A stretch of DNA of 64,000 nt, taken from contig OZ250180.1 of NCBI GenBank assembly GCA_965238215.1, positions 2,661,524 through 2,725,523 of the forward strand, written 5' to 3'. The position numbers and the translations under genes are program-made. The DNA comes from Dehalococcoidia bacterium (GTDB taxonomy: Bacteria; Chloroflexota; Dehalococcoidia; Lucifugimonadales; GCA-2712585). Shown in pieces: positions 16,801-26,357 of this stretch. Numbering within the stretch: the stretch's first letter is position 1; the number at the start of each line of letters is the position of its first letter. The notes beneath the pieces are model-generated. The model was not told the DNA's origin, ran no database searches, and saw only the letters and a program-made list of their open reading frames with translations.

Positions 16801-19701
16801 ATGCCGCAGGAAAACATCGTCATTCGCGGGGCAACCCAGCACAACCTGAAGAACGTCAGCGTGACCATACCCCGGGACAAGCTGGTCGTCATCACGGGCG
16901 TTTCGGGCTCCGGCAAGAGCTCCCTGGCCTTCGACACCATCTACGCCGAAGGCCAGCGACGCTATGTGGAGTCTCTCTCCGCTTACGCGCGCCAGTTTCT
17001 GGGCCGCATGGACAAGCCGGAGGTGGAGTATATCGAAGGGCTTTCGCCCGCAATCTCCATAGACCAGAAGGGCGTGTCCCACAACCCACGCTCCACGGTA
17101 GGCACCGTCACGGAAATCTACGACTATCTGCGCCTCCTCTTCGCTCGCGCGGGTCGGCCCCACTGCCCTGGATGCGGCCAGCCCGTGGCCCGCCAGACGG
17201 TGCAGCAGATTGTGGACTCCATTCTCAGCCTCCCCAACGGCACTCGCATAATGGTGCTGGCCCCCAAGGTTAGACGCCGCAAGGGCGAGCACAAGGACGT
17301 GTTCAGCGAGGCTCGCAAGGAGGGCTTTGCCCGGGTGCGTGTCAACGGAGAGGTCATGCGCGTCGAGGACGCGGAGGGCCTAAACCTGGACAAGCGCCGC
17401 TGGCACTACGTGGAGCTAGCCGTCGACCGCCTCGTGATCGACGAAAACCTGGAGTTGGTTCGGGTCACCGACTCTGTCGAGACGGCCCTCCGCGAGGGCG
17501 GGGGAGTGGTGCAGATTTCGGTGGAGGGCGGCGAGGAGCGGGAGTTCTCCGAGCAGTTTGCCTGCGTAAGCTGCGGCACCGGCCTGCCGGAGATAGAGCC
17601 CCGCACTTTCAGCTTCAACAGCCCCCACGGGGCCTGCTCCGCCTGCACCGGCTTGGGCTACAAGCTGGAGGTGGACCCCGAACTGGTGCTCGCCAACAAG
17701 GACCTGTCACTGCGGGAAGGCGGCGTACTGCCCTGGTCGAGGGCCGGTTCCTCCAGCCCCTGGTACGGCAGTATGCTGGAATCCATCGCCCGCAGCTATG
17801 GCTTCTCTACGAGGGAACCCATACGGAAGCTGTCGGAGCATGCTGTCAACCTCATTCTGTACGGCAACGAGGGCGAGTCCGTCACCATCAAGCACACCAC
17901 ACAGCGGGGCCGCGTCTACAGCTGGAAGACCAACTTCGAAGGTGTAATTCCGAATCTGGAACGCCGCTTCCGGGACACGGACTCCGACTACATTCGGCGC
18001 GAAATCGAGCGTTACATGGCGGCCCGGCCCTGTCAGGCCTGCAGAGGCCTACGCCTGCGCCCGGAGGCCCTTTCGGTGAAGGTAGACGGCCGGGGAATCA
18101 TGGACGTGTGCGGCCTCCCTGTAACCCAAGCCCTCCAATGGGCCAACGGGCTGGCGACGGAGAGTTCCACCAACGGCACTATCCTCCCCCTTTCCGCCCG
18201 TGAGAAGGCCATCGCTCAGCCCATCCTCAAAGAGATCTTTACCCGGCTTCAGTTCCTGGAAAACATCGGATTGGGCTATCTGACCGTGGACCGGTCGGCC
18301 CGCACCCTTTCCGGCGGCGAGGCCCAGCGCATCCGTCTGGCCACCCAGATAGGCTCCGGCCTTACTGGAGTCCTATACGTCTGCGACGAACCCACCATTG
18401 GCCTGCATCCCTTTGACGATAATCGCCTCATCGGCACCCTCAACCACCTACGAGACCTGGGCAACACCGTAATAGTCGTAGAACACGACGAGGCGATCAT
18501 GCGCGCCGCCAACTTCATCGTAGACCTGGGGCCCGGCGCCGGCGAGCACGGCGGAAACGTGGTTGTCACCGGCACTATCGAAGACGTCATGTCTTCCGAC
18601 AAGTCTCTAACCGGCCTCTACCTCAGTGGACGCAAGACCATTCCGATGCCGGAGGCTCGACGGGACGGCAACGGCGCGGCCCTTAAGGTCAAGGGCGCTC
18701 GCGAAAACAACCTCAAGAACGTCAGCGTCAAGTTCCCCCTGGGCCGCCTGGTCTGCGTCACCGGCGTTTCCGGCTCCGGCAAGAGCACCCTGGTCTACGA
18801 AATCCTGTATAAGCGGCTGGCCCAGACCATCAGCCGCGCCAAGGACCGTCCCGGCAAGCACGACGCAATCGAGGGCATGGACTACCTGGACAAGGTTATA
18901 AACATCGACCAGTCCCCCATTGGGCGCACGCCCCGCAGCAATCCGGCCACCTATACGGGCGCCTTCACCCCCATCCGTGACCTTTTCGCCAGCCTGCCCG
19001 AATCCAAGGCCCGGGGCTACAAGCCCGGCCGCTTCTCCTTCAACGTCAAGGGAGGGCGCTGCGAGGCCTGCAAGGGGGAGGGCTACACCCACGTTGAGAT
19101 GCAGTTCCTTCCCGACGTTACCGTGCCCTGCGAGGTCTGCAAGGGCCGGCGATACAACCGGGAGGCCCTGGAGATCCACTACAAGGAGAAGAGCATCGCC
19201 GACGTTCTGGGCATGACGGTCTACACCGCCCTGGAGTTCTTCCAGAACATCCCGAAAATTCGCAACAAAATGGAGACCATGCGGGACGTGGGCCTGGGTT
19301 ACATCCGGTTGGGCCAGCCCGCCACAACCCTATCCGGCGGGGAAGCCCAGAGGGTGAAGCTCTCCACGGAGCTTTCCAAGCGAGCTACCGGCAAGACTCT
19401 CTATCTGCTGGACGAGCCGACCACTGGTCTCTCCTTCTCCGACTGCGCCGCCCTACTGAACGTGCTGCACCGGCTGGTGGACGCGGGCAACTCGATAATT
19501 CTAATCGAGCACCACCTGGACATGATCAAGAACGCTGACTGGATAATCGACATGGGCCCCGGCCCCGCCGACAAGGGCGGGCGGGTGGTGGCAGAGGGAA
19601 CGCCGGAACACATCGTATCGGTGGAAGCTTCCCACACCGGCCACTACCTGAAGAAGGTGTTGACCGCGTCGCGTACACGGGTGGCGGCGGCTGTGGATTA
19701 G
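16801..19701 (+). CDS. uvrA: Excinuclease ABC subunit A
   Basis: The start MPQENIVIRGATQHNLKNVSVTIPRDKLVVITGVSGSGKSSLAFDTIYAEGQRRY is at ATG 16801. There is a second ABC module (GVSGSGKSTLVYE), two LSGGEAQR signatures and Zn-finger CxxC pairs. The track ORF begins upstream at 16708 inside REP-like sequence. Confidence 0.96.
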   Translation: MPQENIVIRGATQHNLKNVSVTIPRDKLVVITGVSGSGKSSLAFDTIYAEGQRRYVESLSAYARQFLGRMDKPEVEYIEGLSPAISIDQKGVSHNPRSTVGTVTEIYDYLRLLFARAGRPHCPGCGQPVARQTVQQIVDSILSLPNGTRIMVLAPKVRRRKGEHKDVFSEARKEGFARVRVNGEVMRVEDAEGLNLDKRRWHYVELAVDRLVIDENLELVRVTDSVETALREGGGVVQISVEGGEEREFSEQFACVSCGTGLPEIEPRTFSFNSPHGACSACTGLGYKLEVDPELVLANKDLSLREGGVLPWSRAGSSSPWYGSMLESIARSYGFSTREPIRKLSEHAVNLILYGNEGESVTIKHTTQRGRVYSWKTNFEGVIPNLERRFRDTDSDYIRREIERYMAARPCQACRGLRLRPEALSVKVDGRGIMDVCGLPVTQALQWANGLATESSTNGTILPLSAREKAIAQPILKEIFTRLQFLENIGLGYLTVDRSARTLSGGEAQRIRLATQIGSGLTGVLYVCDEPTIGLHPFDDNRLIGTLNHLRDLGNTVIVVEHDEAIMRAANFIVDLGPGAGEHGGNVVVTGTIEDVMSSDKSLTGLYLSGRKTIPMPEARRDGNGAALKVKGARENNLKNVSVKFPLGRLVCVTGVSGSGKSTLVYEILYKRLAQTISRAKDRPGKHDAIEGMDYLDKVINIDQSPIGRTPRSNPATYTGAFTPIRDLFASLPESKARGYKPGRFSFNVKGGRCEACKGEGYTHVEMQFLPDVTVPCEVCKGRRYNREALEIHYKEKSIADVLGMTVYTALEFFQNIPKIRNKMETMRDVGLGYIRLGQPATTLSGGEAQRVKLSTELSKRATGKTLYLLDEPTTGLSFSDCAALLNVLHRLVDAGNSIILIEHHLDMIKNADWIIDMGPGPADKGGRVVAEGTPEHIVSVEASHTGHYLKKVLTASRTRVAAAVD

Positions 19702-19786
19702 GGGGGTGGGGCCACACCGTACGAAAGATTGAGCGCCAGGCCTCCGGTTTTTCAGGGGGAATGTACAGAAAGGTTGCGTTGGACGA

Positions 19787-19806
19787 GGGCAAAGTGACTT
19801 TTGCCC
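19787..19806. terminator. Hairpin between convergent uvrA and the islet operon (possible bidirectional terminator)
   Basis: GGGCAAA-GTGACT-TTTGCCC. The U-tract is weak on both strands. Confidence 0.3.
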
Positions 19807-19851
19807 AGTGTCAGTTTGGGGCATATGGACGCTTTTGATTCTTGCAATTTT

Positions 19852-20148
19852 TTATGGCGGAGTGATCTTAAGGGTTTCCAGATCACCCTGTAAGTGATCA
19901 ATGACTTTGTTGATATCGGCAAGGTCAAGCCGGCTGCGATTGTATTTGGTCGCAACATTGGCAGCAAATGGCCTTGAGCCACTGTGTCCAATTCTAACTG
20001 CCAGCCTCTCAATCTCATTCTGTAGAGCCGCATTGTCTTCATGTATCTTGGAAATGCGCTCGTCGATTTGCTGGGAAACCTTTTGTACTACAAGAATACA
20101 TTCCATCAGCCTTTTCACTAGCAAGATATTTGTTTCTCTCTGGTTCAT
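19852..20148 (-). CDS. Hypothetical coiled-coil protein downstream of the MTase-HNH gene
   Basis: The 98-aa ORF lies in low-G+C DNA. SD GAGAGGAG lies ~7 nt before the ATG. It has a heptad-like segment QQIDERISKIHEDNAALQNEIERLAVRI. Confidence 0.4.
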   Translation of the reverse strand: MNQRETNILLVKRLMECILVVQKVSQQIDERISKIHEDNAALQNEIERLAVRIGHSGSRPFAANVATKYNRSRLDLADINKVIDHLQGDLETLKITPP

Positions 20149-20242
20149 TAACTTGCTCCTCTCTTAAACATCAGAACCTTGACGATGTAGCTCGTAACCC
20201 TGCCTAGATAGTCTTGGGAATTATCTTCCTGTGTACTACGGT

Positions 20243-21646
20243 CTAGCGGATGCTAGCTAACTGCGCTAAAAGATACGCCTGTTCCCTGTCTCCCTTGACT
20301 CGGTTGCAGTGGGAACAGAGTAGTTGCAGGTTTTCCAGGTGGTCCGTCCCGCCTTTGGAACGGGGTATCACGTGGTCCACCTCGAATATCTTGAAGGGGA
20401 AGTCCATGTCGCATCCCTTACATCGGCCTTCCTGCTGGCCATAGAGAACGTGCTTGTTCTTGCGATAGTTCTTTGGTGCATCGATATCTGTTCGGCGGAG
20501 AATATCCGTCCGGGCCACTACCTTGCTAGCCCATAACGCAATTCCCGGTTCCTGTTGTTTGAGGCGATACTGAACAAGCTCTGCTGCCTTGGCGGATAAG
20601 TCTATCCCTACCCATTTCCTACCCAGCCGCTCTGCCGCTACGCAAGCAGTGGCGCAACCACTGAAAGGGTCAAGGACTAGGTCGCACTCGTGACTGCTGG
20701 CTTTGATGATTCGTTCTAGAAGGGCAAGGGGTTTTTGAGTGGGATAGCCGGTGCGTTCTGTGCTATGAGCTCCGATCTGCGTGATATCGTCCCACAGATT
20801 TTGGATAGGCATTCCTTTCAGCTCGTCGACAAAACTCTTTCTTCTAAGTCTTCCCGTTTTCTTCTTGGGGTAATGGATACGGCCTTCCCTGTCCCATTGA
20901 GTCATTTTCTCTTTGGTTATCATCCATCCATTCTTGGGTGGCGCATATCCTTTATATTCATAAATCAGATTGGGTCGATATGCAGGATTAGTCAGACTGG
21001 TTGCTTGATACCAACGACCACTTTTGTCAACGTGGGTAAAGTATTTCCGAATGTAGGTCTGATATTCTGGCGAGTCTTTGTTATATTGCGGATAGAATCC
21101 GGCAGACTTTGATTTTGCGTAGAACAAAATGATATCTGTAGAGACGCCAAATCTTACCGAGTCGTGAACGGCACTAGAGTATCCATGTCGCCGCTTCCAA
21201 GAAATCTCATTTCTGAAGTTTGCTGTCCCAAATACGGCGTCCATTAGTTGCTTAAGATAATGGGATGCAAAGGGGTCACAATGTAGGTAGATGCTTCCTG
21301 TGGCCTTGAGTACCCGACGCATCTCTAATAGTCGGACCGCCATCATCGTTAGGTAGGACTGCATCCCCTTGCCGTGGGTTAACCCAGCCGTTCTCAAGAC
21401 GTGGGCAGTTGCTGGTTGCTCATCGGCAATCAAGCCCATCCAGGCAACGTCTAAGTCGGATAGCGTCCAGGTATCCTTAAAGGCAGCCCCTGCGGCCTTG
21501 CTACCTACTGGGGCCGAATAATTGCGATTACTGTTGAAGGGCGGGTCTAAGTAGATAAGGTCAACACACTCGGAGTTCATGCCCCGCAGTATGTCCAGGT
21601 TATCCGCCGTCCATAGTGTGCGGTTAGCGAAATTGGGGGTAGCCAT
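20243..21646 (-). CDS. Beta-class N6-adenine/N4-cytosine DNA methyltransferase fused to a C-terminal HNH endonuclease domain
   Basis: Motif IV IYLDPPFNS is near the N-terminus and motif I LVLDPFSGCATACVAAERLGRKWVGIDL comes later, which is the beta-class order. The last ~60 aa read CKGCDMDF...EVDHVIPRSKGGTDHLENLQLLCSHCNRVKGD, an HNH motif with CxxC pairs. Confidence 0.85.
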   Translation of the reverse strand: MATPNFANRTLWTADNLDILRGMNSECVDLIYLDPPFNSNRNYSAPVGSKAAGAAFKDTWTLSDLDVAWMGLIADEQPATAHVLRTAGLTHGKGMQSYLTMMAVRLLEMRRVLKATGSIYLHCDPFASHYLKQLMDAVFGTANFRNEISWKRRHGYSSAVHDSVRFGVSTDIILFYAKSKSAGFYPQYNKDSPEYQTYIRKYFTHVDKSGRWYQATSLTNPAYRPNLIYEYKGYAPPKNGWMITKEKMTQWDREGRIHYPKKKTGRLRRKSFVDELKGMPIQNLWDDITQIGAHSTERTGYPTQKPLALLERIIKASSHECDLVLDPFSGCATACVAAERLGRKWVGIDLSAKAAELVQYRLKQQEPGIALWASKVVARTDILRRTDIDAPKNYRKNKHVLYGQQEGRCKGCDMDFPFKIFEVDHVIPRSKGGTDHLENLQLLCSHCNRVKGDREQAYLLAQLASIR

Positions 21647-21652
21647 TTGTGC

Positions 21653-21766
21653 CTACTTCGAGCGTTTGCTTGTGGTCAGCCTGTCTTGCAGCGTGGGGTC
21701 TACGCTACGGAATATGGCTTGGGCTAAGTCATCCGGTGTCTTGCGTTGCGGCCTCTCCTCGATCAT
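21653..21766 (-). CDS. Candidate unannotated 37-aa ORF immediately upstream of the MTase-HNH gene
   Basis: It is below the track size cutoff. AGGAGGG lies 5 nt upstream of ATG 21766. It encodes MIEERPQRKTPDDLAQAIFRSVDPTLQDRLTTSKRSK and its stop is 7 nt before the MTase ATG. Confidence 0.3.
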   Translation of the reverse strand: MIEERPQRKTPDDLAQAIFRSVDPTLQDRLTTSKRSK

Positions 21767-21884
21767 TGTACCCTCCTGTTAAGACATTGGGAGTGTACTC
21801 TAGCCTAGAATATACTTTCAAGCATGAAACCTAATTAGGTATAGTATGCAAATCCAGAAGAACACACGAAGGGGCGCATAAACG

Positions 21885-22835
21885 ATGACCGCTGAAAAGA
21901 GAATAGGGCTTGCCATTTCCGCAGCCTCCGCTGGCGAGGCTGTGGCCATGATCGAGCGGGCCGAGGAACTGGGAGTGTCTGCCGCCTGGCTTACCACCGG
22001 AGGCGCCCGTCCGGACGGTATGACGATATTTGCCGCCGCCGCCGTCAAGACAAGCCGCATCCTACTCGGAACGTCCATCGTTCCCACCTGGCCTCGACAT
22101 CCCATCGCGGTGGCCCAGCAAGTGCAGGTCCTCCACCAGCTAAGCGGCGGCCGTTTTCGCTTGGGGATGGGCCCCAGCCACCGGGACGGCATGATTCACG
22201 CTTTCGGTGTAAACTTCCGCACCCCCCTGGGCCATCTACGCGAGTATCTGCGCATCCTCAAGTCTCTGCTGCAACAGGGGCAGGTCGACTTTCAGGGTCG
22301 CTTCTACACCGCTCGTGCGGAAATCGACGCTCCCGTTGACGTGCCCGTCATGGCTTCTGCCCTTCGCCGCCGCTCGTATCAGCTTTGCGGCGAGGAAGCC
22401 GACGGCGCAATCAGCTGGGTGTGCCCCGCCACCTACCTTCGCGATTCGGCCCTGCCCGTCATGACCGACGCGGCCCAGCGCGCGGGACGGCCCACCCCTC
22501 CCCTGATCGCCCACGCCATCGTCGCCGTCGACGAGGATGCCGACGCGGTGCGAAGGGCCGTTCGGGAGCAGATGGCAATGTACGTGCGGCTGCCCTTCTA
22601 TGCCCAGATGTTCGTCGACGCCGGTTTTCCGGAGGCCCAGTCAGGCGAGTGGAGCGACGGGATGATTGACTCCGTGGCCATCCACGGCAGTCCAGAGCAG
22701 GTGTCTGAGGGTGTTGAGAAGCTGCTTTCCTACGGGATAACGGAAATCATCGCGTCGCCGGTCCTAACCGGCCCCGACCCCAAGGCCTCGTGGGAGCGAA
22801 CAGCCTCAGTGCTGGCAGGAATCCGCCCAAGCTAG
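21885..22835 (+). CDS. Luciferase-like monooxygenase (LLM) family oxidoreductase, possibly F420-dependent
   Basis: The 316-aa ORF has a TIM-barrel LLM-like sequence (RIGLAISA...LGVSAAWLTT...GRFRLGMGPSHRDG...). Confidence 0.7.
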   Translation: MTAEKRIGLAISAASAGEAVAMIERAEELGVSAAWLTTGGARPDGMTIFAAAAVKTSRILLGTSIVPTWPRHPIAVAQQVQVLHQLSGGRFRLGMGPSHRDGMIHAFGVNFRTPLGHLREYLRILKSLLQQGQVDFQGRFYTARAEIDAPVDVPVMASALRRRSYQLCGEEADGAISWVCPATYLRDSALPVMTDAAQRAGRPTPPLIAHAIVAVDEDADAVRRAVREQMAMYVRLPFYAQMFVDAGFPEAQSGEWSDGMIDSVAIHGSPEQVSEGVEKLLSYGITEIIASPVLTGPDPKASWERTASVLAGIRPS

Positions 22836-22870
22836 CGTTCCGCGGGGGATGCCTCGCCGTCCGGCTAGCC

Positions 22871-23848
22871 CTATCGCCGCAGCCAGCGGGCGGCGTCCTT
22901 GGCGTGGTAGGTGATGATTATGTCGGCGCCCGCCCTTCGAATGCCCGTCAGCAGTTCCAGCGTCACCTGCTCCTCGTCGATCCACTCGTTGGCGGCGGCG
23001 GCCTTCACCAGCGAATACTCCCCGCTCACGTTGTAGGCGGCGATGGGATGGTCGAACCTGTCGCGGGCGCGGGCGATTACGTCCAGGTAGGGCAGGGCGG
23101 GCTTGATCATCACGATGTCCGCCCCCTCGTCGATGTCCGCCTGAATCTCCCGTAGGGCCATTCGTCCGTTGGCGGGGTCCATCTGGTAGCTGCGCCTGTC
23201 GCCGTACTGTGGGGCAGAATCCGCCGCCACCCGGAAGGGGCCGTAGAAGGCGGAAGCATGCTTGGCGGCGTAGGCCATGATGGGCAGATGTCCGAATCCG
23301 CCGCCGTCCAGCCCTGCGCGTATAGCCGCCACCTGCCCGTCCATCATGCCGGAAGGAGCCACCACGTCGGCGCCTGCCTCGGCGTGGGAAAGCGCCGTTC
23401 TCGTATAAAGCTCCAGCGTAGAGTCGTTATCTATCCGTCCACCGTCGACGACCCCGCAATGGCCGTGGCTGGTGTACTGGCACAAGCACACGTCCGTTAT
23501 CACCAGCAGGTGCGGGATCGTCTTCTTGATGACGCGGATGGCCTCCTGTATGATGCCGTTCCTGTCGTAGGCCTCGGAACCCAGCATGTCTTTTCGGGCC
23601 GGCAGCCCGAAGAGGATTACGCCGGGAATGCCAAGTTCAGCGACTTCGTCAATCTCGTCCAAGAGCTTGTCCAGGGAGAGATGATAGGAGCCGGGCATGG
23701 TGTCCACCGGCTCCCGGCGGTCCCGGCCATGGGTGACGAAGATGGGATAGATGAGGTCGGAGACGGCCAAACTCGTCTCCCGCACCATCGAACGGATAGC
23801 GTCCGTTTCTCTCAGCCTACGCAGTCGCGCCATTGGTGAAGGGGACAT
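22871..23848 (-). CDS. hemB: Porphobilinogen synthase (delta-aminolevulinate dehydratase), Zn-type
   Basis: The ORF reads RLRRLRETDAIRSMVRETSL...LIYPIFV and has the cysteine-rich metal site DVCLCQYTSHGHCG. It is full length at 325 aa. Confidence 0.95.
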   Translation of the reverse strand: MSPSPMARLRRLRETDAIRSMVRETSLAVSDLIYPIFVTHGRDRREPVDTMPGSYHLSLDKLLDEIDEVAELGIPGVILFGLPARKDMLGSEAYDRNGIIQEAIRVIKKTIPHLLVITDVCLCQYTSHGHCGVVDGGRIDNDSTLELYTRTALSHAEAGADVVAPSGMMDGQVAAIRAGLDGGGFGHLPIMAYAAKHASAFYGPFRVAADSAPQYGDRRSYQMDPANGRMALREIQADIDEGADIVMIKPALPYLDVIARARDRFDHPIAAYNVSGEYSLVKAAAANEWIDEEQVTLELLTGIRRAGADIIITYHAKDAARWLRR

Positions 23849-23854
23849 TCTCGG

Positions 23855-25387
23855 CTATGCCTCCAAGGAAGATTGCATGTGGTCTTTCAGGGCCTGCACC
23901 AACCCAGCCACGGTGTGCCGGCGAGCCACCACGTCCACCCTCAAGCCCAACTCCCGGGCCTTTCGCGCCGTCACCGGACCTATGCAGGCAATAAACACAT
24001 TCTGTAGAGCCGCGGGGTCTCCGTCCAGAAGCTCCAACAAGTTCTGAACGGTGGAGGAACTGGTGAAGGTTGCTATGTCAATTTTACCACGGGCCAGCAG
24101 TCTCTTGGCCTTCTCCGCCGAACCTGCAGGCTTCAGCGTCCGGTAGGCGACAGGCTGGAGCACCTGCGCCCCCAGGTTCTCCAAAGCGCGTGCTGCGTCT
24201 TCCGGCACGATGTTGGTGCGTGGCATCAGCACACGGACGCCCGCTACCCCTCGCTCTGCCAGCCCCTGCACTAATCGCTCCGTGGTGTACCTGGGGGGCG
24301 TGAAGTCGGGTCGTATACCGCGCTGCTCCAGGGCGGCGGCGGTGATCGGCCCGATGGCGCAGACCCGGCTGCTTCCCAGCGCGCGGGCATCCATGCCCAA
24401 CTCGTTCAGCCGACGGAAGAACGCCGCCACGCCGTTGAAACTGGTGAAGATCACCCACCCGAAGCTTCCAAGGTCCCGCAGGGCCTCGTCCAGCGGCCCG
24501 AAATCCGCGGGCGGCGCAATTTCGATGGTCGGCAACTCTATAGCTTCCGCGCCTTCCTCCGTGAGCATCCGGCTTAACACGGAAGCCTGGGTTCTGGAGC
24601 GCGTCACCAGCACCCGCTTGCCAAAGAGAAGTTTATCCTCGTACCACCGGATTTCCTCCCGAAGCTCCACCACCCGCCCGATTACTACCACCACCGGCGG
24701 GCCGAAGTCCGCGGCCCGCGCCCTTTCGACGATATTCCGAAGCACACCTACGACAGTCTTCTGGTACGGTTCCGTGCCCCACTGCACCACCGCCGCGGGC
24801 ATCGTGGGCGACATCCCTTCGCCCAGCAGCTTCTCCACTACCCGCGGCAATGCCCCCCAGCCCATCATTACCACCAACGTTCCCCGCGTTCGGGCCAGCA
24901 CACCCCAGGGGATGGCGGATTCCCTCTTCTCTGCGTCCTCGACGGCGCTGACCACGGTGAAGGACGTTGCCGCATCGCGGTGGGTGAGGGGGATACCGGC
25001 GTATGCGGGCGCGGCCACGGCGGAGGAAACGCCCGGCACAACCTCAAAGGGAATGCCTGCCATTGCCAGCACCTGCGCTTCCTCGCCGCCCCGGCCAAAC
25101 ACGAAAGGGTCTCCACCCTTCAGCCGCACCACCCGCTTGCCCTCGTGCGCCCGGTCGATGAGGATGGGGTAGATGCTCCTCTGCCTCGCGCCGCCCTGAC
25201 CCGCCTGCTTCCCCACGTCGATGAGCTCTGCGCCCTCCCGCGCCTCCTCCAGCAGACGACGGTCCACCAGCCTATCGTAGGCCACCACGTCGGCCTCGCG
25301 GAGACGCTGCAGGCCTTTCACGGTTATCAGCCCCGGGTCTCCAGGGCCGGCCCCCACCAGCGACACGACGCCCAGAAACTCTACCAT
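23855..25387 (-). CDS. cobA: Bifunctional uroporphyrinogen-III C-methyltransferase / uroporphyrinogen-III synthase (CobA-HemD fusion)
   Basis: The N-terminal SUMT domain reads VSLVGAGPGDPGLITVKG...RLKGGDPFVFGRGGEE. The C-terminal ~250 aa are HemD-like (VLVTRSR...WVIFTSFNGV...). A GTG at 25450 is an alternative start. Confidence 0.88.
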   Translation of the reverse strand: MVEFLGVVSLVGAGPGDPGLITVKGLQRLREADVVAYDRLVDRRLLEEAREGAELIDVGKQAGQGGARQRSIYPILIDRAHEGKRVVRLKGGDPFVFGRGGEEAQVLAMAGIPFEVVPGVSSAVAAPAYAGIPLTHRDAATSFTVVSAVEDAEKRESAIPWGVLARTRGTLVVMMGWGALPRVVEKLLGEGMSPTMPAAVVQWGTEPYQKTVVGVLRNIVERARAADFGPPVVVVIGRVVELREEIRWYEDKLLFGKRVLVTRSRTQASVLSRMLTEEGAEAIELPTIEIAPPADFGPLDEALRDLGSFGWVIFTSFNGVAAFFRRLNELGMDARALGSSRVCAIGPITAAALEQRGIRPDFTPPRYTTERLVQGLAERGVAGVRVLMPRTNIVPEDAARALENLGAQVLQPVAYRTLKPAGSAEKAKRLLARGKIDIATFTSSSTVQNLLELLDGDPAALQNVFIACIGPVTARKARELGLRVDVVARRHTVAGLVQALKDHMQSSLEA

Positions 25388-25439
25388 GCGCGAAGGACCC
25401 GTCGGGCGGCTGGAGCAAGGATGTCTCTTGGCCGCATCT

Positions 25440-26357
25440 TCACCGCCCACTCCCCGGGACGAGCGCCCCGGCTCCCCTCTCGATAAGCTGCTGGAGAGCC
25501 TCCATCGCCAATTCGTGGGGATTGGATGCCCGACCCCGCGCCTTCGTGTAGTAGGATTGCTCGCCGTCGGCGGAGGCCAAGAATACCTGCATCACCATGG
25601 TTTCTCCGGCGACTCGGGCGTAGGCCGCCGATGGTTCCTGGCAGCCGCCGCCCAGCCGCTCCAGAAAAGCCATCTCCGCCATAACCACGCGGCGTGTCGG
25701 CGTATGGTCGATGCTTCGCAGCATCCACGACGTTGCATCGTCATTGGACCGTATCTCCACCGCCAGCGCTCCCTGGCCCGGCGCGGGTACGAACTTGTCC
25801 GCGGGGAGGTACTGTGAAATCCTCTCCTGGAGGCCCAGGCGGATCATCCCCGCCGCTGCCAGCACCACCCCGTCGTAGTCGTCGCTAGTGGCCTTTTCAA
25901 TTCGGGTGCCCACGCTGCCCCGTACAGGCAGAACGTTAACATGGGGCGCCCATCTCCTGAGCTGAGCGAAGCGGCGGGGGCTGCTGGTGCCTATTCTGGC
26001 GCCGGCGGGCAGGTCTTCCAGGCTAGCGTTCCAACGGTTGACCAGCGCGTCTCGAGGGTCCTGCCGCTCCGTCACTGCGCCCACGGTCAATCCCGGCGCA
26101 AGCAGGGGCGGCAGGTCCTTGTGGCTATGAACCGCCATATCCACCTCGCCCCTCAGCAGCGCCTCCTCTATCTCCTTGACGAAAATCCCCACCCCCAGGC
26201 TGCGTAGGGGAGCTTCCGCCGCCCGATCGCCAGCCGTGCGAAGCACCTTCACCTCGAACTCGACGTCCGGGCGCTTCTCCCTCAGCTTGTCCACAACTTC
26301 CTGGGTTTGAATCAGCGCCAACGGCGTGCCTCGAGTGCCGACAACCACCCGCTTCAC
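25440..26357 (-). CDS. hemC: Hydroxymethylbilane synthase (porphobilinogen deaminase)
   Basis: The ORF reads VVGTRGTPLALIQT...GDR...GVGIFVKEIE...AVHSHKDLP...RGSVGTRI... and has the C-terminal cofactor-cysteine region GGGCQEP. Confidence 0.95.
   Translation of the reverse strand: MKRVVVGTRGTPLALIQTQEVVDKLREKRPDVEFEVKVLRTAGDRAAEAPLRSLGVGIFVKEIEEALLRGEVDMAVHSHKDLPPLLAPGLTVGAVTERQDPRDALVNRWNASLEDLPAGARIGTSSPRRFAQLRRWAPHVNVLPVRGSVGTRIEKATSDDYDGVVLAAAGMIRLGLQERISQYLPADKFVPAPGQGALAVEIRSNDDATSWMLRSIDHTPTRRVVMAEMAFLERLGGGCQEPSAAYARVAGETMVMQVFLASADGEQSYYTKARGRASNPHELAMEALQQLIERGAGALVPGSGR

Noticed and set aside
16532-16849. A 105-aa ORF upstream of uvrA, and similar ORFs at 31606..31872 and 63618..63848
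   Set aside because: Their sequences are translations of REP-like palindromic elements (for example ...FASLRMT..., ...MDSRLRGKNG, ...GGRFPNRPYG...). They sit in intergenic spacers and are unlikely to be coding.
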